Positions 21,062 through 30,604 of a stretch of 64,000 nt of DNA are shown in pieces. A model generated the notes under the pieces. It was not told the origin of the DNA and made no database searches. It saw only the letters and a list, made by a program, of their open reading frames with translations. Every line of letters begins with the position of its first letter. Position 1 is the stretch's first letter. The position numbers and the translations under genes were made by a program. The DNA lies in the IMG/VR virus record IMGVR_UViG_3300007539_000018, positions 2,180-66,179 of that record; one strand, 5' to 3'. This stretch comes from a virus. Lineage: Duplodnaviria > Caudoviricetes.

Positions 21062-21433
21062 TTATTCTTCGTTTTTTTCTTCATCCTCCTGCATCATCGC
21101 CATTGGATTAGGCAGGATTTCTTTTAGTTGATTCCCGACATATGGGCTTATTCTAAGCATATCGAGAGTTGAAAGTGATGGTTCAGTCTTTTCAATAAAG
21201 TTTTCAATCATGTATCTATACATGGCTTGTAAGTCAATATCAAAAGACTGGGTTCTTTGGTCTATCTTCATTACTGAATTAAGTGCTTTCTCGGCTTCAA
21301 GCCAAGTCGGTTCTTTAATCCAGACTTTTAAATATTCATCTGATTCGGGAGACACTCTAATAAAATGTTCCTTCGCTGCTACAAGTGCAAATAAAGCACT
21401 CTTATCTGTTACAATTTTCTTATTATTTAACAT
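21062..21433 (-). CDS. tail assembly chaperone (G-like)
   Basis: Between tail tube and tape measure; start MLNNKK at 21433 after GAAGGTGGA. Confidence 0.75.
   Translation of the reverse strand: MLNNKKIVTDKSALFALVAAKEHFIRVSPESDEYLKVWIKEPTWLEAEKALNSVMKIDQRTQSFDIDLQAMYRYMIENFIEKTEPSLSTLDMLRISPYVGNQLKEILPNPMAMMQEDEEKNEE
21071..21077 (-). other. -1 programmed ribosomal frameshift heptamer A AAA AAC
   Basis: ...GAA AAA AAC GAA GAA TAA; the -1 frame reads KKRRIRDC-MKGK into ORF 20841-21053. Confidence 0.75.
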
Positions 21434-21488
21434 ATTATCCACCTTCAAAAACCAACAAACAAACAAACGGTGTGTTGGTGGAATATGA

Positions 21489-21614
21489 TTACTCTAATTT
21501 AGAATCCTTTTTTGGAGTCTCCTTTGGAGTATCTTTCTTAACTGGCTTCTTTTTCTTAGAAGCCTTTTCTATTTTCGCTCTTTCAGCCAAATACTTATCT
21601 CGATAAGAAGCCAT
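21489..21614 (-). CDS. small Lys-rich protein (41 aa)
   Basis: MASYRDKYLAERAKIEKASKKKKPVKKDTPKETPKKDSKLE; GGGGTGA RBS. Confidence 0.6.
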   Translation of the reverse strand: MASYRDKYLAERAKIEKASKKKKPVKKDTPKETPKKDSKLE

Positions 21615-21620
21615 CTGAAA

Positions 21621-23210
21621 TCACCCCTGTAATACCCAATGGGTAGTTGTAGTGCAATTGGTTAATGTTCTTGGCATAAGAGTTGCTTCTACCGTAACTG
21701 CACCCTTATCTTCGGGAACAGTCCATGTATTAGCACTTGTAAAGTAATCATCAAAAGCAAGTGTAAATGATTCTCCACTATCCTTAGTAAAGACTAAATC
21801 AATAGATTGGGAAGTATCATTATTTTCATCTTGGCTTAATAATTCAGTAAATAGTGTATCATCTGTAACTAAAGCAGTAATAGCAATCTCATAGGTTCGC
21901 TGTGCAGGAATACCGTCTTTGATACTTTTATTACCAACACCTAAGAATCGCTTATCCTGTAAATTGTTGTTAATAGTTAAAGTAAAGTTTGTAATCTTTA
22001 AAAACTGTTGTCCATAAACACTCATTGTTCCATCCGAGAAAAAGAATGGTTCTAAATGAGTTGGTTCAGCAGTAAAATTAAATAGGCTAGAATTAGCACT
22101 TTGTCCACCTCTTGATTCATAGCCGGTGCTTGGACTCGCTAATGCTTGAGGAATTGGGGTAACTGCTCTAGTATTCAAATCTAAAGTCATTTTAATTTCT
22201 TCATTTTCATTAGCCGTCATTGTTAATGTATTAACTCTATTTCCTCTTGCTACACGAACAAAGTTAATATCTTCGGAAGCAGCATCATTATCAGATAAAA
22301 AGTTATTTGTTACATCTTTTGTTAATGAATATTCTAAAGCAAAAGATGGCAAATGTGCGCCATTTGTTTCTTCAAACTTATATGTAATATATTGTCCAGT
22401 TGCAGCAACCGGATAAGAAGCAGAATCGAAGTTTGTTTCCGGTGCAGATTCAACAAGTGGGTTGATAGGAGGAACAATATGAACAGAAGGTGTGCTACCA
22501 TCACCAACAGGATTTACTCTATGAATGAATGGGCCTTCATCAATATGGGAAGTATTGCTTGTTCCGTGAAAATATAATTTATGTGCGGCTGTTCCGGTGT
22601 GGTAATTAGTTGGGTGTTCAGAATCCGAAGTGCCTCCACCAAAACTCAATTGAGTACATTTACCTAAAGCGTAATAAAGCCAAGTTACCTGATTACATAC
22701 TAATGCAAGGTTTCCTCCCGAAGCAGTTTCAATGCCCTTATATTGATGAGTAAAGTTTCTTGTTCCTCCAAGAGAAAGATTTAATTGTTTCATTTCAACT
22801 TCAATGTTTGGGAAAGAAGCAGTTTCGACTAAACCTAACCAATTATCAGCATGTAGTCTTGTTTTTCCTGTTCCGTCGTCATCGGAATCGGGTGCAGGAC
22901 AAGGTGCGCCATATGCTCGCAATACGAAAGAATCATCTGCAATAACCACAGCACTACCAGTAGCAGGTGTAATAGTGAAAGTATCATGGTCGTTTGTAGT
23001 AATAATGTGAGAAGAAGTATATACTCCGTTATCATACCAATCTAAAGAACAACCAACATACATATCAGGCACTAATTGAAATTGTGCTAATGTTGATTGT
23101 AAAAATTGAATTGCTGTCGTGCTTGTAGTGGCGGGTTGAAAATAAAAGTCCACTTCTGGAACTAAAGTCATTGATGCGCCGCTTCCTAAAAATATACTGT
23201 TATCTACCAT
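21621..23210 (-). CDS. major tail tube protein
   Basis: Siphovirus-like tube motifs 'ITNFTLTINNNL', 'RTYEIAIT'; upstream of chaperone and tape measure. Confidence 0.75.
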   Translation of the reverse strand: MVDNSIFLGSGASMTLVPEVDFYFQPATTSTTAIQFLQSTLAQFQLVPDMYVGCSLDWYDNGVYTSSHIITTNDHDTFTITPATGSAVVIADDSFVLRAYGAPCPAPDSDDDGTGKTRLHADNWLGLVETASFPNIEVEMKQLNLSLGGTRNFTHQYKGIETASGGNLALVCNQVTWLYYALGKCTQLSFGGGTSDSEHPTNYHTGTAAHKLYFHGTSNTSHIDEGPFIHRVNPVGDGSTPSVHIVPPINPLVESAPETNFDSASYPVAATGQYITYKFEETNGAHLPSFALEYSLTKDVTNNFLSDNDAASEDINFVRVARGNRVNTLTMTANENEEIKMTLDLNTRAVTPIPQALASPSTGYESRGGQSANSSLFNFTAEPTHLEPFFFSDGTMSVYGQQFLKITNFTLTINNNLQDKRFLGVGNKSIKDGIPAQRTYEIAITALVTDDTLFTELLSQDENNDTSQSIDLVFTKDSGESFTLAFDDYFTSANTWTVPEDKGAVTVEATLMPRTLTNCTTTTHWVLQG

Positions 23211-23239
23211 GTTATCCTCTCCTTTCCTTTACAAACTTA

Positions 23240-23749
23240 CTAAGGGAGTGTTAATGCGAATCTTTTTGCTTCTATTGTTAATTTATAGCCGAATAAACGC
23301 TTACTACGGTCATTACTTTCACTTCTTGAACCTACGAATAATTGGTTAAACTTTGACCCATCACTCGCTGTATATCCGGTTCGGCTACGCTCAAGTGCAT
23401 GACGGGCGACCAAGTATAAAGCCCTTAGCCTATCTCTCCCGAAATTGGCATCTGTTCCTGCTCTTTCATCGTGAATTGTCCGTATGTGCATAGTAAATGA
23501 GTATGTTTCATTTCTAACATCAAAATTAATAGTAGGATATTCAAGGTTTTGAGAGTCTTCAAAAAAGATAATGACATCTTTTGCAGTTAAATCGTAACGA
23601 ACACCTTTATTCTTTTGTAAGGTTCTTACATCAACAAAGTTAGGAATAGCCACATGGTCGGCTGTAATCGTTCCTGCTTGCTGTAAAGTAGTAGCGGAAG
23701 AAGCCCAATTACTACTTACTAAATCTATAAGAAGGCTGACTTCATCCAT
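23240..23749 (-). CDS. tail terminator/completion protein
   Basis: Position between neck and tail tube genes; size. Confidence 0.55.
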   Translation of the reverse strand: MDEVSLLIDLVSSNWASSATTLQQAGTITADHVAIPNFVDVRTLQKNKGVRYDLTAKDVIIFFEDSQNLEYPTINFDVRNETYSFTMHIRTIHDERAGTDANFGRDRLRALYLVARHALERSRTGYTASDGSKFNQLFVGSRSESNDRSKRLFGYKLTIEAKRFALTLP

Positions 23750-23949
23750 TCATCCACCTCGTTTTTAAGTGTTTTATTATATGCTTTAATGAAATTTTCT
23801 TCTGCATATTGCATTACTTCTTCATCACTTAAAGATATATCAATGCCTAAAATTTCAGATAGTTCTTGAGTTGCTTTTTGTCTTTCTTGTTGGATTTTTA
23901 AATACTTTTTAAACTCGCTTATTTGAAGTAAGGCTAAGGTATTGTCCAT
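23725..23949 (-). CDS. hypothetical protein (74 aa)
   Basis: ORF in the neck operon. Confidence 0.55.
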   Translation of the reverse strand: MDNTLALLQISEFKKYLKIQQERQKATQELSEILGIDISLSDEEVMQYAEENFIKAYNKTLKNEVDEWMKSAFL

Positions 23950-23953
23950 ATTA

Positions 23954-24547
23954 TCATCCTTGAGTAACTGGTTTATTTGGATTTTTTCGGGCTTCCTCTA
24001 ATTGATATTCTCTTTTTTGTTCCGGTGTCATCATTCTCATCATTTCTTGTCTTGTTCTATCAACTATTGCTTGATTTTTGCCCTGTCGTTTAATGTTTTT
24101 TGCTTCTTTTCTTCTTTGAAGTGTAGCCTTAACTCTATCACTAAGTTTTTTCTTTTGTTGGGCATTTGCCGGTTGTTGTGGTTTTTTGTAACCTTGTAGT
24201 GTTCGTCGTTGTGGTGGTGGTGGTGTTTGTTGTTGTTGTTGAATATTAGCAGGTAATGGAGTTGATTGAGTAGTAGCAACATTATTTACACCTGCTGGTA
24301 ATTTTGGAGGCTGTTGAGAAGGTAATTTCTTTTTAGGTGGTGGCGGTGGTGGTGGTGATTGTTCTGGTAGTGGTACTTGATTTGGTTTTTGTTTGGCAGC
24401 AGCAATAGCAGCATTTAATTTATCTTCAGTTAATTGTCCTGTTATCTTCATGTGTGCATTTGGGTCAGCAGTTACTTTGTAAAGTTCCCTAATCAAACCT
24501 TCCATGTTTTTTACTCTTGTTTGTTTTATTAAATCAAACCAATCCAT
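23954..24547 (-). CDS. Pro/Gln/Lys-rich protein with W-x-x-L-I-K leader
   Basis: Start MDWFDLIKQ at 24547 after GAAGGTGA; poly-P and poly-Q tracts. Confidence 0.7.
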   Translation of the reverse strand: MDWFDLIKQTRVKNMEGLIRELYKVTADPNAHMKITGQLTEDKLNAAIAAAKQKPNQVPLPEQSPPPPPPPKKKLPSQQPPKLPAGVNNVATTQSTPLPANIQQQQQTPPPPQRRTLQGYKKPQQPANAQQKKKLSDRVKATLQRRKEAKNIKRQGKNQAIVDRTRQEMMRMMTPEQKREYQLEEARKNPNKPVTQG

Positions 24548-24558
24548 TTCATTCACCT

Positions 24559-25677
24559 TCAATCAATTAAGAAAACCAAGTCGGCCTTGCCCTTGAGTAT
24601 ATCATCTGCTTCCTTCTTGAGTATATCATACTTTTCCTTCGTTGAAATATTACTACCCGTTTCAGCGATTAGAATTGTTTGGTCGTCATGTCTAAGCAAT
24701 TCTGCCGCTACTAACATTGTTGCGGCTTTGTGTATTGCAGACGGAACACGATTACTACCTGCAATATAAGTACAAATGATTGAATTTTGTGTATGGTAAG
24801 GATAGTCTCTTAAAAAGAAAATACGCCCTTCATCCCCTATTGCCCAAAAAGAACCAAGTCTCTTCATATCCTGCATATCTGTGAACGCAACCGACTGGGT
24901 GCTTGAGGTTTCACCCGCCTTATCAGCAAGTGTGATAGTACAATATGAGCCATCCTCGCCCGCTAAAAGGCTAGAAATGTTCACTTTGTTGCCATTATCG
25001 GGGTCTGTGCTAGCATAAAAGAAATCACTTATGTTTAACCCATTAGGTGAAGAAGTCAATACTTTGTCCCTTGTTGCACCTGTAAACTGTGCGGTCTTTG
25101 ATGGGTATTCTTCATTGATTAAATGACATATTTCTTGAGCCGTTGTTTTAGAACCAAACCCATTATGGAAAGTATTGTGTGCTGATAATGAACCTTCAGC
25201 ATGGTGATACAATACCCAAGAATCTCCACTATTAGGTAATTGTAATGTAATACTTCTTAAGTCTTTATATCCTGTTGTATCTAAAGTTAAACTGGCTTGA
25301 GCAGAAGCAAGTTCTTGATAACTATTTCCTTGCCAAACTTGTAATGAAATTACCTTCTTTAATTTTAAAGTATCTAATTGAACAAAACCTACATATCCAC
25401 CATAGTATGATTGCATAGGGTGTCTAATAAATTCAAAGTTATGAAATTCATTTCTGTAAATAATTGGCCGATAAGAACGCTTTACCTTGTCATCAATAAT
25501 ACCTTCAATGTTCTTTATGATTGCGCCAATTTGCGCTTGAGTTGGATAAGTAGAAGTTGAAAATGCAGGTATTTGTAACATGTTTGAAACTGCATCTTTA
25601 TCAGTATAATATCCACTACCTGTTGAATAATCAACATTGATTGCTGTATAGTCGCTTGGGGAGGATGCAATTGCCAT
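24559..25677 (-). CDS. head-tail adaptor/neck protein
   Basis: C-terminal 'YIAG..RVPSAIHKAATMLVAAELL' typical of gp6/gp15-like adaptors, with a large insertion. Confidence 0.7.
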   Translation of the reverse strand: MAIASSPSDYTAINVDYSTGSGYYTDKDAVSNMLQIPAFSTSTYPTQAQIGAIIKNIEGIIDDKVKRSYRPIIYRNEFHNFEFIRHPMQSYYGGYVGFVQLDTLKLKKVISLQVWQGNSYQELASAQASLTLDTTGYKDLRSITLQLPNSGDSWVLYHHAEGSLSAHNTFHNGFGSKTTAQEICHLINEEYPSKTAQFTGATRDKVLTSSPNGLNISDFFYASTDPDNGNKVNISSLLAGEDGSYCTITLADKAGETSSTQSVAFTDMQDMKRLGSFWAIGDEGRIFFLRDYPYHTQNSIICTYIAGSNRVPSAIHKAATMLVAAELLRHDDQTILIAETGSNISTKEKYDILKKEADDILKGKADLVFLID

Positions 25678-25688
25678 TTTTAATCACC

Positions 25689-27626
25689 TTATGCTAATGA
25701 GTTCTCTAAAGTCTTAAATGCTCTTTTAGTTGAGTCTATAAATGATTTTACGGATTTAATATCCCCGCTATTGTATTTTTGCCCATAAACAGACCTTTGT
25801 TTATCTTTAGTGTCAAGCCCAATATTTGCGGCTTTTGTTTCTATTCTATGAGTAGCATTGACTAAGGAAGGAGATTGAAAAGTGTAAGTAGTGGTCGCCT
25901 TTTTTTTCTGCTTATCCATTATTTCGTTTCCCTTTTTGTCTTTCTTTCCAGTTTTATATTCCACATATTTAGTTATAATTTTCTCTATTTTTATTTCTAT
26001 TTCGTATAAAGCCCCATAGTCTCTAAGGGCTTCTGAAAAAGTAGATTTTATATACGGTTTCAACTTCCTTTTAAATGCTTCTTTTGCATCTTTATTGCTA
26101 AAAGCAGTCGAAGTAACAGTAACATTAGTTTTTTCTTTTAAATCTTCTAGTTTTGATTGTACATATTCATCCATTGGGTCAGTAACACTTTCTTTTCGCC
26201 ATTGTTTAAGTTTTTCTATTTCTGACTTCATCCATGATTTGAGATTTTTTACCTCACCAATATATGTTTTATAAAAGGCTTTACCTTCTTTCCTAGAATC
26301 GCTTAACGCTTTAATTCTTTTTACTACTTTTAACATTTCGGTATTAGCAACCATATTAAGAAGAGTTACTTTTTTTCCATCTACTATCCCTAAATCATTA
26401 ATACGATTAAAGTTAGGAAGAATGTATTCTCCCCTAGAGACTATTTTTTTTCTTGTGCCTTTTGGTTTTTCAATTGTCTTTTTTTCACCAGTTTTAGTTT
26501 TATAAGTAACTTTATTTTCTCTCCATTTTGGATTTTGAGGTTTTCCGAATGGAGAGAAAAATTGATTTATTATTTTTTGTTCTTCTTTATTGTATTGAGT
26601 TTCAAATTTATCTGCTGTTTGTATTTTTCCAACCGTTAATTCGGCATCTATCACTTTTAGTTTATTAGAATACAGCATAATATATGAAGATATTGTATCA
26701 TTTAATTTGGAATTGGTTAATCCTGTCATTTTTGTAGCATCTAGAGATAATCCACCACTAAACTTAGCACTTAATACTTCTTTATTTGGGGTTTTGTTTA
26801 AAAATTGAGTTTCAAATATATTGGAGGTTTGATTTCCAGAATTATAATTTTCAGCAGTTAAAGAACCCCCCGATATTTCCTGCCCTCTATAACTATCTTG
26901 TTTTTTGTCTTTGATAGAAGTAGTTTCAATTCCACCTCTTCCTTTTCTTTTGACAGAACGAGATTCCATCAAAGAAATAGGGGCATATCCTAATTCTTTA
27001 AGGTAAGCAATCTTGCTATTAGGCATAGGGTTTTCAGGATTATTAAAATCTAGTTCTTTAAATCGTATAGAGCGTAACTCAACAATAGTTACTTTTCCTT
27101 TTTTCCCTTGTATTTTGTCTGGGCCTAAAACATTTACTTCGGTACTACTACCCTTTTTTTTACCGATATATTTACTGTATTCTTGGAATTTTTTATCGGG
27201 CATCCCTTTTCTTTTTTCATCTTTTGCTTCTTTAGAAGTATCAGGATTGTTTAAGGTAAGAGAAAGATTACTATTTAAATCTTTAACAGTGAAGTTACCC
27301 TTAGTGTTTTTTAGTCGCTCTAATGCTTTTTTCCCAGAACTACTCAATTCTATATTATGGGTAGCAATTATTTCTTCAAGGGGAGTGGTTTCTATTGAAG
27401 TTATTGCTGAATTATATATTTTAATGTATTGGTTTTTGTTTTTACCTTCCCAATTTAATATATTAACTTGTTCCATTTCATCTAAAGATAACAATTGTGC
27501 TATCTTCCTATGTGATTTATCTTTATTTACTAAATACCCACGAAGTAAAAACAGAACCATTTCTTTTTCAATAGTATTTTTATCTAAAGAAATTTCTTGG
27601 CCCGTTCTTGAGTATTTGATTTGCAA
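25689..27626 (-). CDS. Lys-rich hypothetical protein (645 aa)
   Basis: Long ORF with TTG start; no recognised motif. Confidence 0.7.
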   Translation of the reverse strand: MQIKYSRTGQEISLDKNTIEKEMVLFLLRGYLVNKDKSHRKIAQLLSLDEMEQVNILNWEGKNKNQYIKIYNSAITSIETTPLEEIIATHNIELSSSGKKALERLKNTKGNFTVKDLNSNLSLTLNNPDTSKEAKDEKRKGMPDKKFQEYSKYIGKKKGSSTEVNVLGPDKIQGKKGKVTIVELRSIRFKELDFNNPENPMPNSKIAYLKELGYAPISLMESRSVKRKGRGGIETTSIKDKKQDSYRGQEISGGSLTAENYNSGNQTSNIFETQFLNKTPNKEVLSAKFSGGLSLDATKMTGLTNSKLNDTISSYIMLYSNKLKVIDAELTVGKIQTADKFETQYNKEEQKIINQFFSPFGKPQNPKWRENKVTYKTKTGEKKTIEKPKGTRKKIVSRGEYILPNFNRINDLGIVDGKKVTLLNMVANTEMLKVVKRIKALSDSRKEGKAFYKTYIGEVKNLKSWMKSEIEKLKQWRKESVTDPMDEYVQSKLEDLKEKTNVTVTSTAFSNKDAKEAFKRKLKPYIKSTFSEALRDYGALYEIEIKIEKIITKYVEYKTGKKDKKGNEIMDKQKKKATTTYTFQSPSLVNATHRIETKAANIGLDTKDKQRSVYGQKYNSGDIKSVKSFIDSTKRAFKTLENSLA

Positions 27627-27637
27627 GGCTAATCAAC

Positions 27638-28303
27638 TCACATTAACCATTTAGCCCAAGCCGCACCTTTTTGAATGGCTGAACCTAAATGTAATCCGCT
27701 TGAAGGTGGCTCATAACTCATTTGATTTTGAGCATCAATCCAATATGGCCTTCCATATCCGTCTGTTCCCGATGGGGGAATAGGATAACCCGAACCATTA
27801 TTTACAGCCCCTTGCATTTGTTGGTATTGTTGTGTTTGTCCGGTTAATCCGGCCATAGCCATACCTGCTGTTGGCCCTGCGGGGTTCATTCCTCCCATGT
27901 TTCCACCTCCGCCAAATCCTTGAGATTCGAGATATTGTTGCTTCGCAAGTTTGCGTTGATTTACTACTTCTGAGTTAATGGCTGATTGAAGAATCCTTTG
28001 AATATCTAAATCAATGTTCTCTTGAGTGATTCTTTCGTACTCCCTCATAGCATCTGCATCAATGGTTATTTTTGAACCAGTAGTGCTAAAAGATAATTTT
28101 GCTAGCATTTGGCTAACTACTCTCTCTACTACATCTTCCATTAATTTCTCAAATGTAGTTAAAAATTGCTCGCCGTGATATTGAAAAAATTCTTCAACAT
28201 GATTATCCTGTAAAGATAATAAGTTATTCACATTTTTAAACTGTTGGTCGTTTTGTGCCTGTACTGCACCCATAACTGCTTTATTGCTTGTTCCAAATAC
28301 CAT
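27638..28303 (-). CDS. helical protein with Gly/Gln-rich linker and C-terminal amphipathic helix
   Basis: Ends 'AIQKGAAWAKWLM'; last gene of the GTPase block. Confidence 0.7.
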   Translation of the reverse strand: MVFGTSNKAVMGAVQAQNDQQFKNVNNLLSLQDNHVEEFFQYHGEQFLTTFEKLMEDVVERVVSQMLAKLSFSTTGSKITIDADAMREYERITQENIDLDIQRILQSAINSEVVNQRKLAKQQYLESQGFGGGGNMGGMNPAGPTAGMAMAGLTGQTQQYQQMQGAVNNGSGYPIPPSGTDGYGRPYWIDAQNQMSYEPPSSGLHLGSAIQKGAAWAKWLM

Positions 28304-28305
28304 GA

Positions 28306-28935
28306 TTATTCCTCTCCTTTACTATTAGTTACCATTGATTGTAGTCTCTTGGTATTAGTCTCTATCTCGGCTATTAGGCGAATTACTTCCGCCATCTCGC
28401 TCTCATTATCCTTGACAACGGGGGGCGTTATAATCCATCCGGTTGATGTCAGCGACAAAACATCTTCTCTCGATAATGTTTGTAATGGGCCACTCTTTAG
28501 CATTTGTGGCACTTTAGGTCTAGGAATGAATGCTTTGAAATCTAATCCATGTTCGTCTGCTAATATCTGTTGTTGTAACATCTCCATTTGTTTATGAAGA
28601 CTAGCATGTTTAGGACAATAAGTTCCTCTCATCGGTCTTCCTTTAGTAACATTATCTAATGGAATAGGTGGGCGCAAATAGTCTCCTGCTTCCCAAATAT
28701 GGTGCATTCCACAAACGACGCATCTATCCTTTAGGTTAAACTTATATCCATACTTTACAATAAATTTTTTCTTCTCAGGTAGTAATACTTTTTTAATCTC
28801 TTTTAATTGCTTCTTAGGTTTTAATGCAGTAAAAGAGTATTCTGCGATAGAACCTGCGGCCCTAAACTGTTGTAGTTTAGGTAAAAATATATTCTTTGCT
28901 TGTGGGCTATTTATTAAATTCGGTTGTTGATACAT
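28306..28935 (-). CDS. zinc-finger + coiled-coil protein
   Basis: CVVC...YCPKH; C-terminal heptad helix. Confidence 0.7.
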   Translation of the reverse strand: MYQQPNLINSPQAKNIFLPKLQQFRAAGSIAEYSFTALKPKKQLKEIKKVLLPEKKKFIVKYGYKFNLKDRCVVCGMHHIWEAGDYLRPPIPLDNVTKGRPMRGTYCPKHASLHKQMEMLQQQILADEHGLDFKAFIPRPKVPQMLKSGPLQTLSREDVLSLTSTGWIITPPVVKDNESEMAEVIRLIAEIETNTKRLQSMVTNSKGEE

Positions 28936-28944
28936 AGTTATTCC

Positions 28945-29613
28945 TCAGTAATCTTTTATTAGAGTTGTAATTCCTTTGTAAACCATTTCGGGGTCTGACT
29001 TTGCCGAAACAATATATTTGAATGTGGGTATTCCTTTATCATTTAATTGTCTCATTCCATACTTAAATGGTTCGTAAATATCATGCTTATCAATTGATTG
29101 TCCTTCTCTTAGTGGGTATTTTTCTCCCCATATATCATATTTATTTGCCCAAATACTTACTGCCATAGGATAATCTACTTCTTTTTTTCTTTTACCATTA
29201 GGCCAAACATTAGATGTAATTGTATCTACTAAAAATTTCCATGCTAATTGGTGGTCTAAGTTGGATGGTGAGTCTAAATGCCTGTGGTCTATCATAAAAA
29301 TAACATATTTTACTTTACGAGTTCTCATATCTTTAACCCATTCTTTCCAATACATCGCTTCTCCGCCAATGTCTGCACTTTTTAATGTGTGAGAATCTCC
29401 ATCAAACTTAACTACTTTTCTACTCGCTCTTTCCAAACCAACTGTTCTTTTATTAATTTGTTGGACTTCTCCTCTTGTTCTTAATTGGTAACTTAATGTT
29501 GTTTTACCAACCATAGTAGCCCCATAAACTCCAAAATTAATAGCATGTACTCTTTTATAAAAGGCTACTACTGCTTCTGTAATCAAGATGGCAAATCCTG
29601 CCATTACTGACAT
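28945..29613 (-). CDS. Ras-superfamily small GTPase (Arf/Sar-like)
   Basis: G1 GATMVGKTT, G2 RTVG, G3 DIGGE, G4 ANKYD, G5 SAK; hydrophobic N-terminal helix. Confidence 0.9.
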   Translation of the reverse strand: MSVMAGFAILITEAVVAFYKRVHAINFGVYGATMVGKTTLSYQLRTRGEVQQINKRTVGLERASRKVVKFDGDSHTLKSADIGGEAMYWKEWVKDMRTRKVKYVIFMIDHRHLDSPSNLDHQLAWKFLVDTITSNVWPNGKRKKEVDYPMAVSIWANKYDIWGEKYPLREGQSIDKHDIYEPFKYGMRQLNDKGIPTFKYIVSAKSDPEMVYKGITTLIKDY

Positions 29614-29835
29614 TTAATGACCTCCAAATATAGACTTAAAAAAGGAAATCAAAGAACCCATAATATTGACATCGAAGACACCCATTATGTTTCCTATAAG
29701 TAATGCTGATAATGTGGCACAACTGCCCCAAAACCATGCTCTCATTCTCATAAAAAAAATATCAGCAGAATGCGCCCTTGATTGATTGTATGCGTAATCC
29801 GAGTCGGAGAATCCCATTATGTCTCCAAGAACCAA
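29614..29835 (-). CDS. small membrane protein (73 aa)
   Basis: Hydrophobic 'AWFWGSCATLSALLIGNIMGVF'; GAGGTGA RBS with TTG start. Confidence 0.7.
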   Translation of the reverse strand: MVLGDIMGFSDSDYAYNQSRAHSADIFFMRMRAWFWGSCATLSALLIGNIMGVFDVNIMGSLISFFKSIFGGH

Positions 29836-29845
29836 TTAAATCACC

Positions 29846-30259
29846 TCATTGTTGAATAGTAGCCAAAAACTCGTTTGGTATTTGACTCTCTTCAAATGAA
29901 GCGGTTGAATTTTCGGGATAAACATTGTTCCATGAATCCCGCTTATTTACTCCGTATTGTTTCATGCTTTCACGAAGTTTTTGTTTAATTTGTTGTTCTC
30001 TAGCAACCCTTTGAAAATGTGCTTCAATTTGCCTATCTAGTAATTTAATTTCAATTCTATCGTTAAGAGATAAGTCGAATAGTGCTTTCATAACCATAAT
30101 GCCACCAACTGTAATCAGCCCAAATAAGACCGAGTGTGCTAATGGGCCATAAGGAAAATTAAGACCATATGCTGAATAGAAATAAACATTTGCCCCACTG
30201 ACTGTTCCGACAAATAAAATTGTCATAACTAATCGAGTATCGTTATTTAATGCCGCCAT
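29846..30259 (-). CDS. two-TM membrane protein with coiled-coil tail
   Basis: Two hydrophobic segments followed by a charged helix; GAGGTGA RBS. Confidence 0.75.
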   Translation of the reverse strand: MAALNNDTRLVMTILFVGTVSGANVYFYSAYGLNFPYGPLAHSVLFGLITVGGIMVMKALFDLSLNDRIEIKLLDRQIEAHFQRVAREQQIKQKLRESMKQYGVNKRDSWNNVYPENSTASFEESQIPNEFLATIQQ

Positions 30260-30268
30260 TAAATCACC

Positions 30269-30547
30269 TCAAGCAAACTCAATAGACACGGCTACTGCAC
30301 CACTGACTTCTTCAAAGTATAAGCCATTAGTGCATAATACACCATGCATGTCAAATTCAACCGTTTGATTAGCAGATAAAGTCATTCTTGCGATTTCTTT
30401 ACCACTAGCGGCTGTATTGTCATATACTTTAATTACTGCCGCTGAACCACCGACTTCTGTTGCATGAATGCTAATTAGTTTAACTTGGCCTGTTACAACC
30501 AATTTATTTTCTGTTAAAACACCGCTACTTCTACAACCTGCCGCCAT
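30269..30547 (-). CDS. small beta-rich virion protein (92 aa)
   Basis: 'IKVYDNTAASG...GVLCTNGLY' pattern seen in small phage structural proteins. Confidence 0.55.
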   Translation of the reverse strand: MAAGCRSSGVLTENKLVVTGQVKLISIHATEVGGSAAVIKVYDNTAASGKEIARMTLSANQTVEFDMHGVLCTNGLYFEEVSGAVAVSIEFA

Positions 30548-30604
30548 AATACCACTTCGCTAATTGGAGGAAGTCGCCCCCTCCTATTTAATGTGTCGGT
30601 CTAT

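Noticed and set aside
24205-24360. (GGT)n/(TGT)n microsatellite-like runs
   Set aside because: Explained by poly-Pro and poly-Gln codons of the minus-strand gene.
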